Assembly (NCBI GenBank): GCA_963703585.1
Contig: CAVPEX010000040.1
Coordinates: 33,945-97,944 of the forward strand
Reading direction: 5' to 3'
DNA from: an uncultured Solirubrobacterales bacterium
Lineage (GTDB): Bacteria; Actinomycetota; Thermoleophilia; Solirubrobacterales; 70-9
DNA: 64,000 nucleotides
Each line of letters begins with the position of its first letter. Position 1 is the first letter of the stretch. Below, one piece after another: positions 60,919 to 64,000 of this stretch. The position numbers were made by a program, and so were the translations under genes. The notes beneath the pieces were generated by a model. It was not told the origin of the DNA and ran no database searches. It was given only the letters and a program-made list of their open reading frames with translations.

Positions 60919-60961
60919 GTGGCAGAGCTTTGCCGGAGATAGTGCGGGAAAGCTCTGCCAC
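60919..60961. repeat. 13-bp perfect inverted repeat in the response regulator / ftsK divergent region
   Basis: GTGGCAGAGCTTT (60919-60931) and AAAGCTCTGCCAC (60949-60961), separated by 17 nt. Confidence 0.5.
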
Positions 60962-61002
60962 GCTCGCGCAGGGGTCGGCGGCGCGACGTCGAACCGAGTG
61001 GC

Positions 61003-63246
61003 GTGTTCGTTCGCAAGAAGCGTTCCCCTGCTCGTAAAGGCAAGGCCGGCAAACGGCCGAAAGCGAAGGCGAAAGGCGGCCCGCGGCTCCCCGCCGCGCT
61101 CGAGCAGCGCCACCTGGATCTGATCGGCCTCTTCCTGATCGCCGCCGGCGTCTACCTCGTCTTCGTCCTCTTCGGCGGCTGGGAGGGCGGCAAGGTCGGC
61201 TACGGCATCGAAACCGCCCTCGTCTACCTCTTCGGCACCGTCGGCGCCAAGATCTTCACCCTGCTGATGCTGCTGGTGGGGGGGATGCTGCTGACCGGCA
61301 CCTCGATCTCCACCCTGGCCCGGGGGATCGGCCGCGGCTTACGGGCGGCGTTCCGGGGGATCTTCTTCGGCGGCAGCGAAGCGGCGCGCACCGTCGCCCG
61401 CACCCACGCCGACTGGCGCGAGGAGCGCCAGACGCGCTCGGAGGCCGAGACCGTCGCCGGCCCGACCGACGTGATGAGCTCCTATCCCGAGGACGACGAG
61501 GACTTCAACCCGACCGTCGCCCTGGCCGAGGAGGACGACTTCGCGCCTGGAATCTTCGACGTCGCGGCCGACGCAGACGCGGAGACCGAGACCCACGTCC
61601 TCCCAGCCGAGGAGGTCGCCGAGGAGGAGCCCGAGCCCGAGGACGTGCCGGAGCTGCAGAACTACGACCCCGAGGATGCCGTCGCCGTGGTCGACCCCGG
61701 CGACCGCGCGCACGCAGGGCTGACGCCGATGGGCTCCAAGCGCGGGGTGACGATGTCGGAAGAGATCGACTACCGGCCGCCGCCGGCCAAGGCCCTGGAG
61801 CGCGGCAAGGGCGACAAAGGCCCCGATCCGCGCGATCAGGAAGCGGTCGGCCGCAAGCTGATCGAGACGCTCGGCCACTTCGGCGTCGAGGCGAAGATCG
61901 TCGGCGTCGTCAGCGGCCCCCACGTCTCCCTCTACGAACTGCGCCTGGCGCCGGGGATCAAAGTCAAGAAGGTCACCGAGCTCGCCAACGACCTCGCCTA
62001 CGCGCTCGCCTCCACCGACATCCGGATCCTCGCCCCGATCCCCGGCAAACAGGCGGTCGGGGTCGAGGTTCCGAACGCGCGGCGGCGCATGGTCCGGCTC
62101 GGCGACATCTACGCCGGCCGCCCGGCGAAGACCTCGCCGCTGGTCGCCTGGCTCGGCAAGGGGATCGACGGCAACCCGGTCTGGACCGACCTCTCGAAGA
62201 TGCCGCACGTCCTCGTCGCCGGCACCACCGGCTCCGGCAAGAGCGGCTGCGTCAACGCGATCCTCTCCTCGATCCTGATGCAGGCCTCGCCGAACGACGT
62301 GCGACTGGTCCTGGTCGACCCCAAGCAGGTCGAGCTCAACCACTACGAGAACGTGCCGCACCTGCTGACGCCGGTGGTCACCTCGCCGCGCCTGGCCGCC
62401 AACGTGCTCTCCAACCTGATCGGCGAGATGGAGAGCCGCTACGGGATCATGAGTGAGGCACGCACCCGTAACCTCGACGAGCTGAACCGGGTGCGGCGCA
62501 AGAACGGCCTGGCGCCGCTGCCGCACATCCTCTGCGTGATCGACGAGCTCGCGGACCTGATGATGGTCGCGCCGGCCGAAGTCGAGGACTCGATCATCCG
62601 CCTGGCGCAGAAGTCGCGCGCCACCGGGATCCACCTGGTGCTGGCGACCCAGCGACCCTCGACCGACATCATCACCGGCACGATCAAGGTCAACATCCCC
62701 TCGCGAATCGCCTTCGCGGTCTCCTCCCAGACCGACTCGCGGGTGATCCTCGACCAGGGCGGCGCCGAGTCGCTGCTGGGCCAGGGCGACATGCTCTTCC
62801 GCGGTCCCGGCAGCTCCAAGCTGCAGCGGATCCAGGGCGCCTTCATCACCGAGGACGAGATCGCCCGCATCACCGACCACTGGGCGAAGCAGGGCGAACC
62901 GGAATTCGAGGCCGAGCTGCTGGAGAGCCCGGAGGAGGTCGAGGAGGAGGGGCGCGAGGGCGACTTCGACCCCGACAGCGACGATCTCCTCGACGAGGCG
63001 ATCCGCCTCGTCGTGCAGACCGAGACCGCCTCGGTCTCGATGATCCAGCGGCGCCTGCGGGTCGGCTACACCCGCGCCGGGCGCCTGATCGACATGCTCG
63101 AGCGCCGCGGCGTCATCTCCGGCTACGAGGGCTCCAAACCGCGCCAGGTGCTGATCACCCAGGCCGACCTCGCCCGCGTGCTCGCCTCCGGGGGGCAGGA
63201 GAGCGCGCCGGAACCGGTCTCAGTCGAGGCCGACACCGACGTTTAG
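61003..63246 (+). CDS. ftsK: DNA translocase FtsK
   Basis: 747 aa. N-terminal transmembrane helices, an acidic linker, the motor domain with Walker A (GTTGSGKS) and Walker B (VIDELADL), and a C-terminal winged-helix gamma domain (...SMIQRRLRVGYTRAGRLID). Confidence 0.93.
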   Translation: MFVRKKRSPARKGKAGKRPKAKAKGGPRLPAALEQRHLDLIGLFLIAAGVYLVFVLFGGWEGGKVGYGIETALVYLFGTVGAKIFTLLMLLVGGMLLTGTSISTLARGIGRGLRAAFRGIFFGGSEAARTVARTHADWREERQTRSEAETVAGPTDVMSSYPEDDEDFNPTVALAEEDDFAPGIFDVAADADAETETHVLPAEEVAEEEPEPEDVPELQNYDPEDAVAVVDPGDRAHAGLTPMGSKRGVTMSEEIDYRPPPAKALERGKGDKGPDPRDQEAVGRKLIETLGHFGVEAKIVGVVSGPHVSLYELRLAPGIKVKKVTELANDLAYALASTDIRILAPIPGKQAVGVEVPNARRRMVRLGDIYAGRPAKTSPLVAWLGKGIDGNPVWTDLSKMPHVLVAGTTGSGKSGCVNAILSSILMQASPNDVRLVLVDPKQVELNHYENVPHLLTPVVTSPRLAANVLSNLIGEMESRYGIMSEARTRNLDELNRVRRKNGLAPLPHILCVIDELADLMMVAPAEVEDSIIRLAQKSRATGIHLVLATQRPSTDIITGTIKVNIPSRIAFAVSSQTDSRVILDQGGAESLLGQGDMLFRGPGSSKLQRIQGAFITEDEIARITDHWAKQGEPEFEAELLESPEEVEEEGREGDFDPDSDDLLDEAIRLVVQTETASVSMIQRRLRVGYTRAGRLIDMLERRGVISGYEGSKPRQVLITQADLARVLASGGQESAPEPVSVEADTDV

Positions 63247-63291
63247 GCGGAAAAAGTGCCGCACGTTGGGTGAAGCGGCCACAATGGAGGC

Positions 63292-64000
63292 ATGGACGGC
63301 GGCGTTGGCGAGACGCTGAGAGAGGCGCGCAGGAGGCGCGAAATCGACCTCGCGGAGGTCGAGGCCTCGACCAAGATCCGCGCCCGCTTCCTGCGGGCGA
63401 TCGAGGACGAGGAATGGGACCTGCTGCCGGGCGATGCCTACGCCCGCAGCTTCATCCGCACCTATGCCGCCTACCTCGGGCTGGACGGCGAGGAGCTGGC
63501 CGAGCGACAGCGCCAGTCGACGGGTGCGCAGCGGCCGGTGGAAGCGCTGTCGCGGGCGGAGCCGGCGCCCCTGCGCCCGGCGGCGAGCGCGAGACGCGGA
63601 GTGCCGGTGGGGCGCCTGGCGGGGGTTGCCGCGGTCGCGGCGGTCCTGATCGCTTTGGTCGTCGCCCTCCTCAGCGGCGGCGACGGCGGCTCCTCGGGGA
63701 ACCCCGGTGCGCCGGCGAAGAAGGCGAGCGCTCCCGACGGGCCCACCGGCGGCGAGACCACCGCCAGCGAGCGCCCCACCGGCCTCTCGCTGCAGCTGGC
63801 GGCGACGGCGGAAGTATGGGTCTGCCTGCTCGACGGCAGCGGCGAAGAGCTGGTCGATGGACAGATCCTCAGCCCCGGTGCGGTCGAGGGCCCCTACCGT
63901 TCCGGTAGCTTCACGGTCTCGCTCGGCAACGGCGAGGTGACGATGACCGTGGACGGACAGCAGGCGAGCATCCCGCAGACCTCGAGCCCGATCGGCTTCT
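63292..64000 (+). CDS. RodZ-like helix-turn-helix membrane protein (HTH + TM + DUF4115-like), 3' end beyond the window
   Basis: The frame from ATG 63292 reads MDGGVGETLREARRRREIDLAEVEASTKIRARFLRAIEDEEWDLLPGDAYARSFIRTYAAYLGLD, then a transmembrane helix (VAAVAAVLIALVVALL), then ...LSLQLAATAEVWVCLLDGSGEELVDGQIL.... It is absent from the ORF track because no stop falls inside the window. Confidence 0.7.
   Translation, partial: MDGGVGETLREARRRREIDLAEVEASTKIRARFLRAIEDEEWDLLPGDAYARSFIRTYAAYLGLDGEELAERQRQSTGAQRPVEALSRAEPAPLRPAASARRGVPVGRLAGVAAVAAVLIALVVALLSGGDGGSSGNPGAPAKKASAPDGPTGGETTASERPTGLSLQLAATAEVWVCLLDGSGEELVDGQILSPGAVEGPYRSGSFTVSLGNGEVTMTVDGQQASIPQTSSPIGF

Noticed and set aside
63270-63908. 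212-aa ORF from the track at the right end of the window.
   Set aside because: Its composition is Arg/Gly-biased. A different frame from ATG 63292 gives a clean RodZ-like HTH-TM protein that runs off the window, so that frame was annotated instead.

Overview
A 64-kb window from a very GC-rich chromosome (judged by eye, not computed). The gene order looks actinobacterial: pyrR-pyrB-pyrC-carA-carB-pyrK-pyrD, mihF-gmk-rpoZ-coaBC, rimP-nusA-infB-rbfA-nrnA-truB-ribF, rpsO ... pnp-M16 peptidase-dapB-dapA-rnj, an OmpR/HK two-component pair, ftsK and a RodZ-like gene.

The left ~29 kb is a mosaic of accessory DNA. It holds:
- a Tat-exported beta-carbonic anhydrase with an IS1634-like element inserted right after its stop codon;
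- two paralogous GNAT genes, each with the same promoter-like sequence, flanking an inverted AAA/DUF4143 ATPase gene and a 4 x 22-bp TCCGGA iteron array;
- an MMPL transporter with two secreted proteins;
- an HNH endonuclease, pheA and a CARDB membrane protein;
- a HigB/HigA-like cluster next to an IS701-like element;
- a HIT-PGM-MBL-GltS-like operon and CorA;
- a SAM-I riboswitch upstream of a ThrC-like / MoaD-like (C-terminal GG) gene pair;
- rfbF plus a sugar dehydratase, VapBC, a SRAP peptidase and tRNA-Arg(CCG).

No rRNA genes or CRISPR arrays were seen.

The most striking global feature is the number of conserved genes interrupted by +/-1 frameshifts. They cluster in two hot zones, 23.2-24.5 kb and 31.0-33.3 kb, while neighbouring long genes such as carB and nusA are intact. 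This points to local assembly or consensus errors, but real pseudogenisation cannot be excluded from the sequence alone.

The best candidates for new biology are:
- the riboswitch-controlled ThrC-like / sulfur-carrier pair;
- the iteron-flanked ATPase cassette between the GNAT paralogs;
- the unusual divergent and convergent HigBA-like cluster with an unknown partner gene;
- a promoter-plus-terminator leader in front of a truncated rimP.

All family assignments come from reading the translations; no database search was run.
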